Source: Acidobacteriota bacterium (GTDB lineage: Bacteria; Acidobacteriota; CAIWXX01). Taken from it: 64,000 nt of DNA. The stretch is from NCBI GenBank assembly GCA_040755995.1, contig JBFMAF010000042.1, forward strand, positions 37,980 through 101,979, given 5' to 3'. This document shows, in pieces, positions 45,834 through 54,782 of the stretch. Position 1 is the stretch's first letter; every line of letters starts with the position of its first letter. The notes below the pieces were generated by a model. It made no database searches. It was given only the letters and a program-made list of their open reading frames with translations, and was not told the DNA's origin. A program made the translations under genes and the position numbers.

Positions 45834-46309
45834 ACCCTCAGCCCTGCGTCGACACAGCACCGCTCAACGAGATCCTGAACCGATACCCGGCCGAAGAGCC
45901 GTCCTTGATCCAGGTGCTGCAGGATGTACACCGCGCTTACAACTACCTGCCATGCGACGTGCTGGCGCGAGTCTCCGACGCCCTTTCCGTTCCGCTTGCG
46001 AAGGTCTTCTCCGTCGCGACGTTCTACCGGGCCTTCTCCTTGACCCCACAGGGCAAGACGATCATCCGGGTCTGCACCGGGACCGCGTGCCACATCCGAG
46101 GCGCTCCGCAGCTCATCGAGCAGCTGCAGCGCCAGCTCGGAATCGTCCCGGGTCAGACTACACCCGACATGGGATTCACCGTGAAAACGGTGAACTGCGT
46201 CGGGGCCTGCGCCATGGCGCCGGTCGTGATCGTCGGCGAGAAATACCATGGGAAGACGAGGCCGGGCGAGCTGCCCAGGCTCGTGGGAGATGGGGGGCAG
46301 GCGCAATGA
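45830..46309 (+). CDS. NuoE/HydC-like [2Fe-2S] subunit
   Basis: VATFY, CTGTACH and CVGACAMAP; ATGA overlap with the gamma gene. Confidence 0.9.
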   Translation: MNPQPCVDTAPLNEILNRYPAEEPSLIQVLQDVHRAYNYLPCDVLARVSDALSVPLAKVFSVATFYRAFSLTPQGKTIIRVCTGTACHIRGAPQLIEQLQRQLGIVPGQTTPDMGFTVKTVNCVGACAMAPVVIVGEKYHGKTRPGELPRLVGDGGQAQ

Positions 46310-48186
46310 GGATCGAATCTCAGTCGCATTTCGAAGAGTACCGCCAGCGGGCCGAGGCGCGGGACCTGGGGCGCAAGCGTGAGGTTCTCGTTTGCTGCGG
46401 CACAGGTTGCCTGGCCAACGGTTCACAGCAGGTGGCCGAGGCGCTCGCGCGGGAGATCGAGGGCAGCGGTGCCGCCGTCGAGGTGGGCCTCTTCACCAAG
46501 AAGACCGGCTGCCACGGGTTCTGCGAGCGCGGGCCGCTGGTCGTCATACAGCCGCAAGGAATCTTGTATACGCAGGTGAAGCCCGTCCACGCCGCCGACA
46601 TCATCGAGAAGACGGTGCTGAAGGGCGAGGTTCTCGCGAAGCTGCTCTACAAGAACCCCGTGGACAAGAAGAAGGTCGAGAACTACGCCGAAATCCCCTT
46701 CTACAAGAACCAGACACGCATCGCGATGCGCAACATCGGCAAGATCGATCCCACCGACATCATGGACGCGGTGGCGCACGGAACCTATGCGGGCCTGGCC
46801 AAGGCCATGTTCACGATGACGCCGGAGCAGGTCATAGCGGAGATCGAGAAGTCGGGACTGCGAGGGCGCGGTGGAGCCGGGTTCGGCACGGGGCGGAAGT
46901 GGCGAACATGCCGCAAGGCGCACGGCGACCGCAAGTTCATCCTGTGCAACGGCGACGAAGGAGATCCCGGCGCCTTCAAGGACCGGTCGATCATGGAGGG
47001 CGATCCGCATTCGGTGGTCGAAGGCATCGTGATCGGCGCGTACGCGGTGGGAGCGCACGAGGGGTACATATACGTGCGCGATGAGTATCCGCTCGCGGTC
47101 GTACACCTCGCTTTCGCGATCGAAGCCGCGCGAGCCGCGGGCCTGCTCGGGACGAACATCCTCGGAACCGGCTTCGACTTCGACATCAGGATATCACGCG
47201 GCGGCGGCGCGTTCGTCTGCGGCGAGTCCTCCGCCCTCATGCGATCACTCGAGGGCAAGGTGGGCGAACCGCGAGCGAAATACGTGCACGCTACCGACCG
47301 CGGAGTGTTCAACTGCCCGACTGTGCTCAACAACGTGGAGACCTGGGCGGATGTCGGGGCGATCATCGCTAACGGCTCGGGCTGGTTCGCATCCATGGGC
47401 ACTGAGAAGTCCAAGGGCACAAAGGCGTTCTCGCTCGTGGGGAAGGTCAAGAACACCGGCCTCATCGAGCTGCCGATGGGCGTCACGCTGCGCCGCATCA
47501 TCTACGACGTTGGCGGGGGCATCATAGGCGACCGCCCGTTCAAGGCCGTTCAGACCGGCGGACCGTCCGGCGGGTGCGTGCCCGAGTCTCTGCTGGACCT
47601 GCCCGTCGACTACGAGAAGCTGACCGAGGCCGGTTCGATGATGGGATCAGGCGGCATGATCGTCATGGACGATCGCACGTGCATGGTCGACGTGGCGCGC
47701 TACTTCCTGGCGTTCCTCGTCGAGGAATCCTGCGGCAAGTGCGTGCCGTGCCGCGAGGGCTTGAAGCAGATGCAGCTGATCTTCAACGACCTGGTCGCGG
47801 GCAAGGGGAAGGAAGGCGACATCGACAAGATCGAGAAACTCGCGGCAGGGATGCAGCTCGGGAGTCTCTGCGAGCTAGGCAAGTCGGCGCCGAACCCCGT
47901 GCTCTCGACACTGAGATACTTCCGCGGCGAGTACGAAGACCACATCTCGCGAAAGGCCTGCCCCGCCGGGATCTGCCGCGATCTCACCGAGTACGACATC
48001 GTCGCAGAGAAGTGCAACGGCTGCCACGTCTGCTTCGACGCGTGCCCGACCGGCGCGATCGCCGGCGAGAGGAAGGCGGTGCACACGCTGGACCAGGCCA
48101 AGTGCATCTCGTGCGGAGCGTGTTTCGACGTCTGCCCGACCGACGCAATCGTGTTCTTCCCGAAGAACGAAAGGAAGAGTAGCTGA
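46306..48186 (+). CDS. NuoF/HydB-like FMN/NAD(P)H-binding subunit with extra FeS domains
   Basis: N-terminal CCGTGC/CHGFC, LRGRGGAGF, NGDEGDPG, GGPSGGC, ESCGKCVPCREG, H-x4-ACPAGIC and two C-terminal [4Fe-4S] motifs. Confidence 0.92.
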   Translation: MRIESQSHFEEYRQRAEARDLGRKREVLVCCGTGCLANGSQQVAEALAREIEGSGAAVEVGLFTKKTGCHGFCERGPLVVIQPQGILYTQVKPVHAADIIEKTVLKGEVLAKLLYKNPVDKKKVENYAEIPFYKNQTRIAMRNIGKIDPTDIMDAVAHGTYAGLAKAMFTMTPEQVIAEIEKSGLRGRGGAGFGTGRKWRTCRKAHGDRKFILCNGDEGDPGAFKDRSIMEGDPHSVVEGIVIGAYAVGAHEGYIYVRDEYPLAVVHLAFAIEAARAAGLLGTNILGTGFDFDIRISRGGGAFVCGESSALMRSLEGKVGEPRAKYVHATDRGVFNCPTVLNNVETWADVGAIIANGSGWFASMGTEKSKGTKAFSLVGKVKNTGLIELPMGVTLRRIIYDVGGGIIGDRPFKAVQTGGPSGGCVPESLLDLPVDYEKLTEAGSMMGSGGMIVMDDRTCMVDVARYFLAFLVEESCGKCVPCREGLKQMQLIFNDLVAGKGKEGDIDKIEKLAAGMQLGSLCELGKSAPNPVLSTLRYFRGEYEDHISRKACPAGICRDLTEYDIVAEKCNGCHVCFDACPTGAIAGERKAVHTLDQAKCISCGACFDVCPTDAIVFFPKNERKSS

Positions 48187-48968
48187 TGCCCACCATGACG
48201 ATTGACGGCAAGAGCGTTCGCTTCAAGGAAGGCGCATTCGTGCTCGACGCGGCCCGCCAGGCGAAGATCCACATCCCGACGCTGTGCCATCACGAGGCGA
48301 TCGAGTCATGGGGCGGCTGCCGGCTCTGCCTGGTGGACGTCACACGGCCCGGATGGGAAGGCTGGTGCAAGATGGTGGTCGCGTGCCTGTACCCGGCCGA
48401 GGACGGCCTGATCGTCATGACGACGACCGATCGCGTTACGGCGACGCGCAAGGTCGTGCTGGACCTGCTGCTCGCGCGCTGCCCGGAGACTTCGCTCATC
48501 CAGAAGCTCGCCCGCGAGTACGGCATCGAGAAGACGTCCTTCGTTCCGAATCCCGTACCGACCGACTGCATCCTGTGCGGGCTGTGCACGCGCGTCTGTG
48601 ATCACATCGGCGTCTCGGCGATCTCGAGCGTGAGCCGCGGCATCGGTCGCGAGATCGCACCGCCGTTCCACCAGGCGCCGCCCGCATGCATCGGCTGCCT
48701 GGCCTGCGCCGAGGTCTGCCCGACAAGCTGCATCCCGTACAAGACCTCCGACCGCGAGCGTGTGATCTGGGAGAAGACGTTTCAGATGGTGCTGTGCCCC
48801 GAGTGCGGCCGCGCCCACGTCACCAGAGAACAGGCGGCCTACTACGGCGGTAGAAACGAGGTGCCGGCGAGCTACTTCGAGACGTGCGACGCCTGCAAGC
48901 GCAAGCATCTGTCCTCCACTTTCGTCTCTCTCTCTCTGCGGCCCGATAGGAGTTGCCCATGGACATGA
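48186..48968 (+). CDS. NuoG/HydA N-terminal-like FeS subunit without catalytic domain
   Basis: IPTLC...GCRLC...AC ([2Fe-2S]), CILCGLCTRVC, CIGCLACAEVC and CPEC...CDAC; only 260 aa. Confidence 0.85.
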   Translation: MPTMTIDGKSVRFKEGAFVLDAARQAKIHIPTLCHHEAIESWGGCRLCLVDVTRPGWEGWCKMVVACLYPAEDGLIVMTTTDRVTATRKVVLDLLLARCPETSLIQKLAREYGIEKTSFVPNPVPTDCILCGLCTRVCDHIGVSAISSVSRGIGREIAPPFHQAPPACIGCLACAEVCPTSCIPYKTSDRERVIWEKTFQMVLCPECGRAHVTREQAAYYGGRNEVPASYFETCDACKRKHLSSTFVSLSLRPDRSCPWT

Positions 48969-49414
48969 TCTATCGCGTGACGGTCGAGCGATGCATTGCG
49001 TGCGGGAAGTGCGAGCTTGCGTGCGCGTTCACGCACGGAAGCGAGAGGAAACCGTCGAAGACGAGAATCAACATCTTCCGCCGGGGACCGGAGCTCGGCA
49101 CGCCCGTCGTCTGCTTCCAATGTCACGATGCCGCCTGCGCGGCGATCTGCCCGACGCAGGCGCTGGTGCGCAACGAGGCGACCGGTGCCATCGAGATGGT
49201 GCGCGAGCGATGCATATTGTGCCGGATGTGCGTGGCCGCCTGCCCGTTCGGAAACATGCTGTGGGATGAGGCGTATCACTGCGTCCAGAAGTGCGACCTG
49301 TGCGGAGGCGACCCGAAGTGCGTGCCGTTCTGCCCCACGCACGCGCTCGAGTACCTGCCCGCGGACCGCGCGGCGAAGCGCCCGGAGCCGCTCGCACTGG
49401 AGGTGACCCGATGA
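48959..49414 (+). CDS. CooF/HydN/DmsB-like 4x[4Fe-4S] electron-transfer protein
   Basis: CIACGKCELAC, CFQCHDAACAAICP, CILCRMCVAACP and KCDLCGGDPKCVPFCP. Confidence 0.88.
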   Translation: MDMIYRVTVERCIACGKCELACAFTHGSERKPSKTRINIFRRGPELGTPVVCFQCHDAACAAICPTQALVRNEATGAIEMVRERCILCRMCVAACPFGNMLWDEAYHCVQKCDLCGGDPKCVPFCPTHALEYLPADRAAKRPEPLALEVTR

Positions 49415-49920
49415 GCGCGCGAGAAGTGATCCTGGACATCCTGGGGAAGGCCTATCAGATCGAGATCGACGGCTACACGTTCTACTCGATGACGGCGGAG
49501 AAGGCTGAGAAGCCGGCGGTGCGCGAGCTGTTCGACAAGCTGGCGCACGACGAGGTCGAGCACAAGGCGTACCTTCGCGACATCATGCGCAACTACGACG
49601 AGAAGGGCTCAGCCGCGTTTCTCGTGCAGAAGAAGACGCCGGAGCTCCTCGCATTCACGCAGAAGATCTTCACGGATCGTTTCAGAGAGCAGGCGCAGGG
49701 AGCCGCCTTCGAGACCGCTGCTCTTTCGATCGGGATGACACTGGAGTCGAACGCAATCGCCTACTTCACGCGCGCCTCAACCGAGACCTCCGAGAAGGAG
49801 GTCAAGGACTTTTACCGTTTCCTTGCTGACTGGGAGAAGCAGCACCTCGACGCCCTCGATGCGCTCTTCAACACCGTCCGCATGGACTTCTGGAGTCAGA
49901 GCGGCTTCGCGCCCTTCTGA
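49411..49920 (+). CDS. Ferritin-like/rubrerythrin-family di-iron protein
   Basis: EIDGYTFY...EVEH and ESNAIAYF...EKQH paired motifs; ATGA overlap with the upstream gene. Confidence 0.85.
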   Translation: MSAREVILDILGKAYQIEIDGYTFYSMTAEKAEKPAVRELFDKLAHDEVEHKAYLRDIMRNYDEKGSAAFLVQKKTPELLAFTQKIFTDRFREQAQGAAFETAALSIGMTLESNAIAYFTRASTETSEKEVKDFYRFLADWEKQHLDALDALFNTVRMDFWSQSGFAPF

Positions 49921-50179
49921 GCGGGGGCGACCGACCCCCCACTGTTCTCGTGGCCGCTGAGTCGCGCGGACGGCCCTCCCCCGGCTCTTGAGCAGCGCCG
50001 CCTTCCGTATCTCGGCGCGTAGCTTCAGCAGCATGCAGCCGGGCGCTAGAAGCCAGTGCCGGCATCGGCCGCGTCATGAGTGCTTGCCCGCATGTCTTCT
50101 TCGTGGAACACGCTGGCAACGGGGGACCCGTTCGTCAGCCTCCAATGTCGTCTGGGAAAGCCTCCAAATGCCGGCCGAC

Positions 50180-51229
50180 TCATCGCCGCACGACAATCAG
50201 TCCTTCTGCGCTGGCGGCCCCCACAGTTCCGATGGCAGCTGCCGAGTAGCCAGCCTCCTCGAGCTTTGCGAGGAGGCAGCCGGTTTGCGAGGCCGGAACC
50301 GCCAGCAGCAGCCCGCCCGAGGTCTGCGGATCGGCAAGGATGAGGCGTTCGGATTCGTCGATATTATCTACGAACGTGGTAAAGGCCTCGGCGTACTGCA
50401 GGTTCGCCTTTCCGCCGCCGGGAACGTGGCCGGCGCGTGCCAGGTTGAGAGCCCCTTCGAGCACCGGCACCTTCGAGAAGTACACCGTGGTCTCGATACC
50501 GCTCGCACGCACCATGTTTCCCAGGTGGCCGAGAAGTCCGTAGCCGGTGACGTCGGTCGCCGCGGTTGCACCATGGTCGCATGCAATGCGGCTCGCATCG
50601 CCGTTCAGCTGCGTCATCAGAGCCGTGATCGTGTCGATGAGCGGCTGGTCGAGCAGGCCGCGCTTCAGCCCGGTCGCCAGAATCCCGGTGCCTACCGGCT
50701 TCGTAAGCACCAGATCGTCGCCCGCTTGGGCTCCACCCAGCGAGAGGAACTCGCCCTTGCGTACCTTCCCGATGACCGCGAGGCCGAACTTGATCTCGCG
50801 ATCCTTGATGGTGTGCCCGCCCACCACCGGAGCTCCGCCTTCCGCTGCCTTCTCGGCTCCACCTCGCAGGATTTCCGACATGACCTCGGGACCGATTTCC
50901 GCCGGAAACGCGGCCAGATTCAGAGAGGCGAGGGGAGTGCCTCCCTTGGCGTAGATATCGCCGAGGGCATTGGCCGCCGCGATGGCTCCGAATGCATACG
51001 GGTCATCTACGATGGGCGTGAAGAAATCGGCCGTGAACAGAAGATCGTTCTCAGCGTCAAGCGGCACCACGCCGACATCTTCCGCGTCCTTGAACCCCGA
51101 ATAGCCGGCAGGCAGGCTCATCCCCTTCAACCCCGCGAGCACAGCCTGCAGGTCCGCCGGACCCAGCTTCGACGCTCAACCCGCGCAGTCGCTGTACGCC
51201 GTCAACCGTATCCTACTCTTGTCGTTCAC
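50180..51229 (-). CDS. selD: Selenide, water dikinase (selenophosphate synthetase), selenocysteine-containing
   Basis: DFFTPIVDDP, GGHT, LTKP, TDVTGYGL and DPQTSGGLL motifs. Reading through TGA at 51176-51178 gives MNDKSRIRLTAYSDCAG-U-ASKLGPADL. Confidence 0.93.
51146..51166 (-). promoter_or_regulatory. Putative bacterial SECIS hairpin in selD
   Basis: mRNA CUG-GGUCC-GGC-GGACC-UG-CAG starts 9 nt after the UGA. Confidence 0.65.
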
Positions 51230-51376
51230 GATTCCATTCTATCGCAGTCGGTCGATCCTACGAAATGCGAACCAGGCGGCTGGGCGGATGGCATCTCTGC
51301 GATAGCGGTGCGTCCCGCCTTCAGTGCCTGCCCTCCGCCATCTTCTATCTGAAAGCTGCGATCTGAAATCAAAGTT

Positions 51377-51771
51377 GGGGGAGGCATAAGCCGAATTCTG
51401 TTCGCAGCTTACGCCGCGTGATGATCATTCCTCTGGGGCCGGCATTGCTGCCGGTCTCGAGCAGCCTACCCACCCCGCCTGGCTTTCGCCAATCGGACGG
51501 GCCGCCCTTTTCTGCGGGGTCTATTTGGCCTTGCTCCGCGTGGGGTTTACCCTGCCCTCGACGTCGCCGCCGAGGCGGTGCGCTCTTACCGCACCTTTTC
51601 ACCCTTACCCTGCTTTCGCAGGGCGGTGTGTTTTCTGTGGCACTTTCCTTATCCTCACTACTCCTTTCGGAGGCATCGGACAGTCCGCGTTACGGACCAC
51701 GCTGCCCTGTGGAGTTCGGACTTTCCTCCCCGCGCTCGGGGGGCGAGCACGGAGCGATCATCGCCTCCCCC
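51377..51771 (-). ncRNA. rnpB: RNase P RNA (type A)
   Basis: Minus strand GAGGAAAGUCCGAACUCC near the 5' end, GUGAAAAGGUGCGGUAAGAGCGCAC, ACAGAAUUCGGCUUAU near the 3' end, P1 helix GGGGAGGC/GCCUCCCC, TATACT -10 upstream. Confidence 0.96.
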
Positions 51772-51887
51772 GCTTAGCAGTATATCAGATCTGCGGCCGC
51801 CCGGAAGCATGGGACGTTGACTTGAGCGTGCGTGGACTCATGAGAGAAGACGCGGAGGCGCGGGGAGGAGCGCAGAAACGACCGGGA

Positions 51888-53183
51888 TCACCGCGTACGC
51901 TTGAGCACGGCGGCGAAGAAACCGTCCTGCATGCCGGGGCGCGGGAAGAAGCGGTAGAAGCCGCCGCTGTCGGCAAGGAACGCCTCCTGCCCTGCTCGTG
52001 CAAGCTCGGCTTCGCGATGACGCGCCAGGAACGCATTCACGACCTTCTCGCCCTCCTCGGGCTCCAGGCTGCATACCGAGTAGACCAGGTGCCCGGCGCG
52101 GGAGAGCAGCGAGAAGGCGTTCTCGAGGAGAAGCGCCTGTTGCGTGGCCAGACGCTGGATGTCTGCGGGGCGCACGCGCCACTTGATTTCCGGGAGCTTG
52201 GCGACGACACCGAGGCCCGAGCACGGCGCGTCGAGCAGGATTGTGGGGAACGACCGGCCGAACGGAGGTTTTTGGCGGAAATCCGCCACCACGAGGTGGA
52301 CGCCGCGAATGCGCATACGCCGCAGGTTCTGTCGGACGAGATCGAGCTTCTGATAACTCACGTCGGTGCCGAAGACCTCTAGTCCCCCGAGCCTCAGCTG
52401 GATCAGCTTCCCGCCCGGTGAGGCGCAGCAATCCAGCAGCGGCGCAGCGCCCACGCTGGCCGCGATCTCGGATACGGCGTAAGATGATTCGCCCATAACG
52501 TAGAAGAGCCCATCGGCGAACGAGGCCGAGCGGAGAGGGTTGCCGGCCAGGACGCGCAGGAGGTGCGGTCCGTAGGGGTGTTCGCCGACATCCACGCCCT
52601 CGGATCGCAATCTCTCCGCGAGGGCTACGCCGGCCATGCCGGCGGTGTTGGCGGCCAGATGGAGCGGCGGATGCTCGAGCGCGGCGCGAGCGTAGTCCTC
52701 TGCGCGGGCCTGACCGTAGCTGCGCACCCAGCGCCGAGCCAGCCAGGGAGGCATCGACAGCGTGACGGTGAGAAGCTCCAGTCCTTCTTGAGGCAGCTCC
52801 GGCTGCGGCCTCCCTGCGGCCCGCCGCAGAACGGCGTTCACCAGCCGATGATTGGCTCCGTGCCGGCGCGCAAGCCCTACCGTTTCATCTACGGCTGCGT
52901 AGTCTGGAACGCGGGTGAGGAAGCGGAGCTGGTAGAGGCCGAGGCGCAGCAAGTCGCGTGTCGCCGGGTCCAGACTGGCGAGGTGGACGAACCGCTTCAG
53001 ATCGTGGTCGATGATTGCGCGGCGTCGCAGGATGCCCTGGGCCAGCTCCGTGGCCAGTGAAGAATCGGCCTCGGAAAGCCCCGGCTGTCTGTCGTCTCCC
53101 GGCCTTGCCCTGCCGTATCGCAGCAGGCTGAACGCCGCCTCTCGAGCCGGGCTGGCGCCGGACCGGCGGCGCTCCGGGCTCAC
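51888..53183 (-). CDS. rsmB: 16S rRNA m5C967 methyltransferase RsmB (NusB-like + MTase)
   Basis: LRLGLYQL...VNAVLR, DCCASPGGK, DAPCSG and YSVCS; GTGA overlap with fmt. Confidence 0.88.
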   Translation of the reverse strand: MSPERRRSGASPAREAAFSLLRYGRARPGDDRQPGLSEADSSLATELAQGILRRRAIIDHDLKRFVHLASLDPATRDLLRLGLYQLRFLTRVPDYAAVDETVGLARRHGANHRLVNAVLRRAAGRPQPELPQEGLELLTVTLSMPPWLARRWVRSYGQARAEDYARAALEHPPLHLAANTAGMAGVALAERLRSEGVDVGEHPYGPHLLRVLAGNPLRSASFADGLFYVMGESSYAVSEIAASVGAAPLLDCCASPGGKLIQLRLGGLEVFGTDVSYQKLDLVRQNLRRMRIRGVHLVVADFRQKPPFGRSFPTILLDAPCSGLGVVAKLPEIKWRVRPADIQRLATQQALLLENAFSLLSRAGHLVYSVCSLEPEEGEKVVNAFLARHREAELARAGQEAFLADSGGFYRFFPRPGMQDGFFAAVLKRTR

Positions 53184-54139
53184 GACAGCATCTGGCCCGC
53201 GGCGAGCCTGTAGCCGTTGACGAACGATCTCACGTCCATTGGGGTCCTGCCGGCCGGTTGGACTCTCGTCAGCGTGAACGCCTCGCCTGGCGTGCACGCC
53301 ACGACCACACCGGCCTTCTCGACAGCCAGGACTTCGCCGGGCAGCGGCACTGTGAACGTTTGCGGCACCACGGGAGCAGCGTGACCATCGAGCAGCTTGA
53401 CCGTGAGATTACCCATGAGAAAGAAGACGCCCGGCCAACGCCCGAGGGCGCGCAGGCGGCGGGCGATCTGGGCTGCCGGCGAGTTCCAATCGAGCCGGCC
53501 GTCGTCCTTGCGCAGCTTCGGCGCCAGGGTGGCTGCGGAGTGGTCCTGTGGAATCTCTACGACTGTAGTAGATTCGAGGCGCTCCAGGGTTTGGAGCAGC
53601 AGCGCCGCGCCGATCCCGGCAAGGCGCGTCTCCAGCTCGACGGCGTCCTCCGCCTCCTCGATGCGAACCGCCTCCTGCGCCAGGATACCACCGGTGTCCA
53701 TGCCGGCATCCATGCGCATGACTGTGACGCCCGTCTCGGTCTCGCCATTGAGAACCGCCCACTGCACCGGCGCGGCGCCCCGGTACTTCGGCAGTAGCGA
53801 AAAGTGCACGTTGACAGCTCCCTTGCGCGGAACATCCAGCAACGCCTGTGGCAGGATCTGGCCGAATGCCACCACTACGAACACGTCTGGGCTGCACGAT
53901 GCTATGGACTCGATGGCGGCAGCCTCACGCACCTTCGGCGGCTGCAACACGGGCAGCTGCGCATCGAGCGCCGCCTGCTTGACCGGCGATGCTGCACGCT
54001 CTCGGCCCCGTCCGGCGGGCTTGTCAGGCTGAGTCACGACCAGGACGATCTGGTGCCGGCTCTCGAGCAGCGCCCGGAACGCCGGCAACGCCGCTTCAGG
54101 ACTGCCGAAGAACGCTACCCTCATGCCCGTCGGCGTCAT
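53180..54139 (-). CDS. fmt: Methionyl-tRNA formyltransferase
   Basis: VTQPDKPAGRG, NVHFSLLPKYRGAAP and MDAGMDTG motifs. Confidence 0.95.
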   Translation of the reverse strand: MTPTGMRVAFFGSPEAALPAFRALLESRHQIVLVVTQPDKPAGRGRERAASPVKQAALDAQLPVLQPPKVREAAAIESIASCSPDVFVVVAFGQILPQALLDVPRKGAVNVHFSLLPKYRGAAPVQWAVLNGETETGVTVMRMDAGMDTGGILAQEAVRIEEAEDAVELETRLAGIGAALLLQTLERLESTTVVEIPQDHSAATLAPKLRKDDGRLDWNSPAAQIARRLRALGRWPGVFFLMGNLTVKLLDGHAAPVVPQTFTVPLPGEVLAVEKAGVVVACTPGEAFTLTRVQPAGRTPMDVRSFVNGYRLAAGQMLS

Positions 54140-54213
54140 TCAGAGCAGCGGGAATACGGGGGTTGACTCGGTGACACCAAGACGCAGCGACGCGTAGACC
54201 CGGCCCTCACTAA

Positions 54214-54240
54214 CAACTGCCAACTGTCAACTGCCAACTG
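54214..54240. repeat. Tandem heptamer (CAACTGY)x4
   Basis: caactgc caactgt caactgc caactg between def and fmt. Confidence 0.65.
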
Positions 54241-54248
54241 CTCACCGT

Positions 54249-54761
54249 CTACCACTCGCCGGCCTGCATCATCTTCCTGATCTTGCGCCTCATCAGCTCG
54301 CGCTTGATCGGGCTGAGATGGTCGAGAAAGAACTTGCCGTTCAGATGGTCCATCTCATGGCAGAACGCCCGGGCAACCAGGTCGGTCCCCTCGTATTCCA
54401 CCGGGTTGCCGTTCTGGTCGAGCGCGGTGACAAACGCGCGGCTCGGTCGCACCACTTCGGCATAGAATCCGGGCACGGAGAGGCAGCCTTCCTCCTTCAC
54501 CTGTTCGCCCTCGGTCGCCTTGATCTCGGGGTTCGCGATAACGATCAGCTTCGCAGGGTCCTCGCCGACGCTCGGATCGATCACCGCCAGGCGCAACGCC
54601 ACGCCGACCTGAGGCGCGGCCAGTCCAACGCCGGGCGCCGCGTACATTGTCTCGATCATCCGCTTCACGAGATCCTGAAACGCCCCGTCGAACTCGGTCA
54701 CTGGAGCCGACGGAGTCGACAGCACCTTGCTCCCGTACTTCAGTATCTCCATCACCATCAT
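54249..54761 (-). CDS. def: Peptide deformylase
   Basis: GVGLAAPQVG, EGCLS and HEMDH motifs. Confidence 0.96.
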   Translation of the reverse strand: MMVMEILKYGSKVLSTPSAPVTEFDGAFQDLVKRMIETMYAAPGVGLAAPQVGVALRLAVIDPSVGEDPAKLIVIANPEIKATEGEQVKEEGCLSVPGFYAEVVRPSRAFVTALDQNGNPVEYEGTDLVARAFCHEMDHLNGKFFLDHLSPIKRELMRRKIRKMMQAGEW

Positions 54762-54782
54762 GTTCTCCGAAATGCGCATCCC

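Noticed and set aside
45830..48968. Calling this respiratory complex I (nuoEFG) or an [FeFe]-hydrogenase
   Set aside because: No membrane or quinone-module nuo genes, and no H-cluster motifs in the 260-aa A-like subunit.
49921..50179. Intergenic gap next to selD examined for tRNA-Sec or a small gene
   Set aside because: No TCA anticodon loop or T-arm (GTTCGA) cloverleaf; the short ORFs lack recognisable features.
51369..51820. Several ORF-track ORFs
   Set aside because: They overlap the RNase P RNA gene and are spurious.
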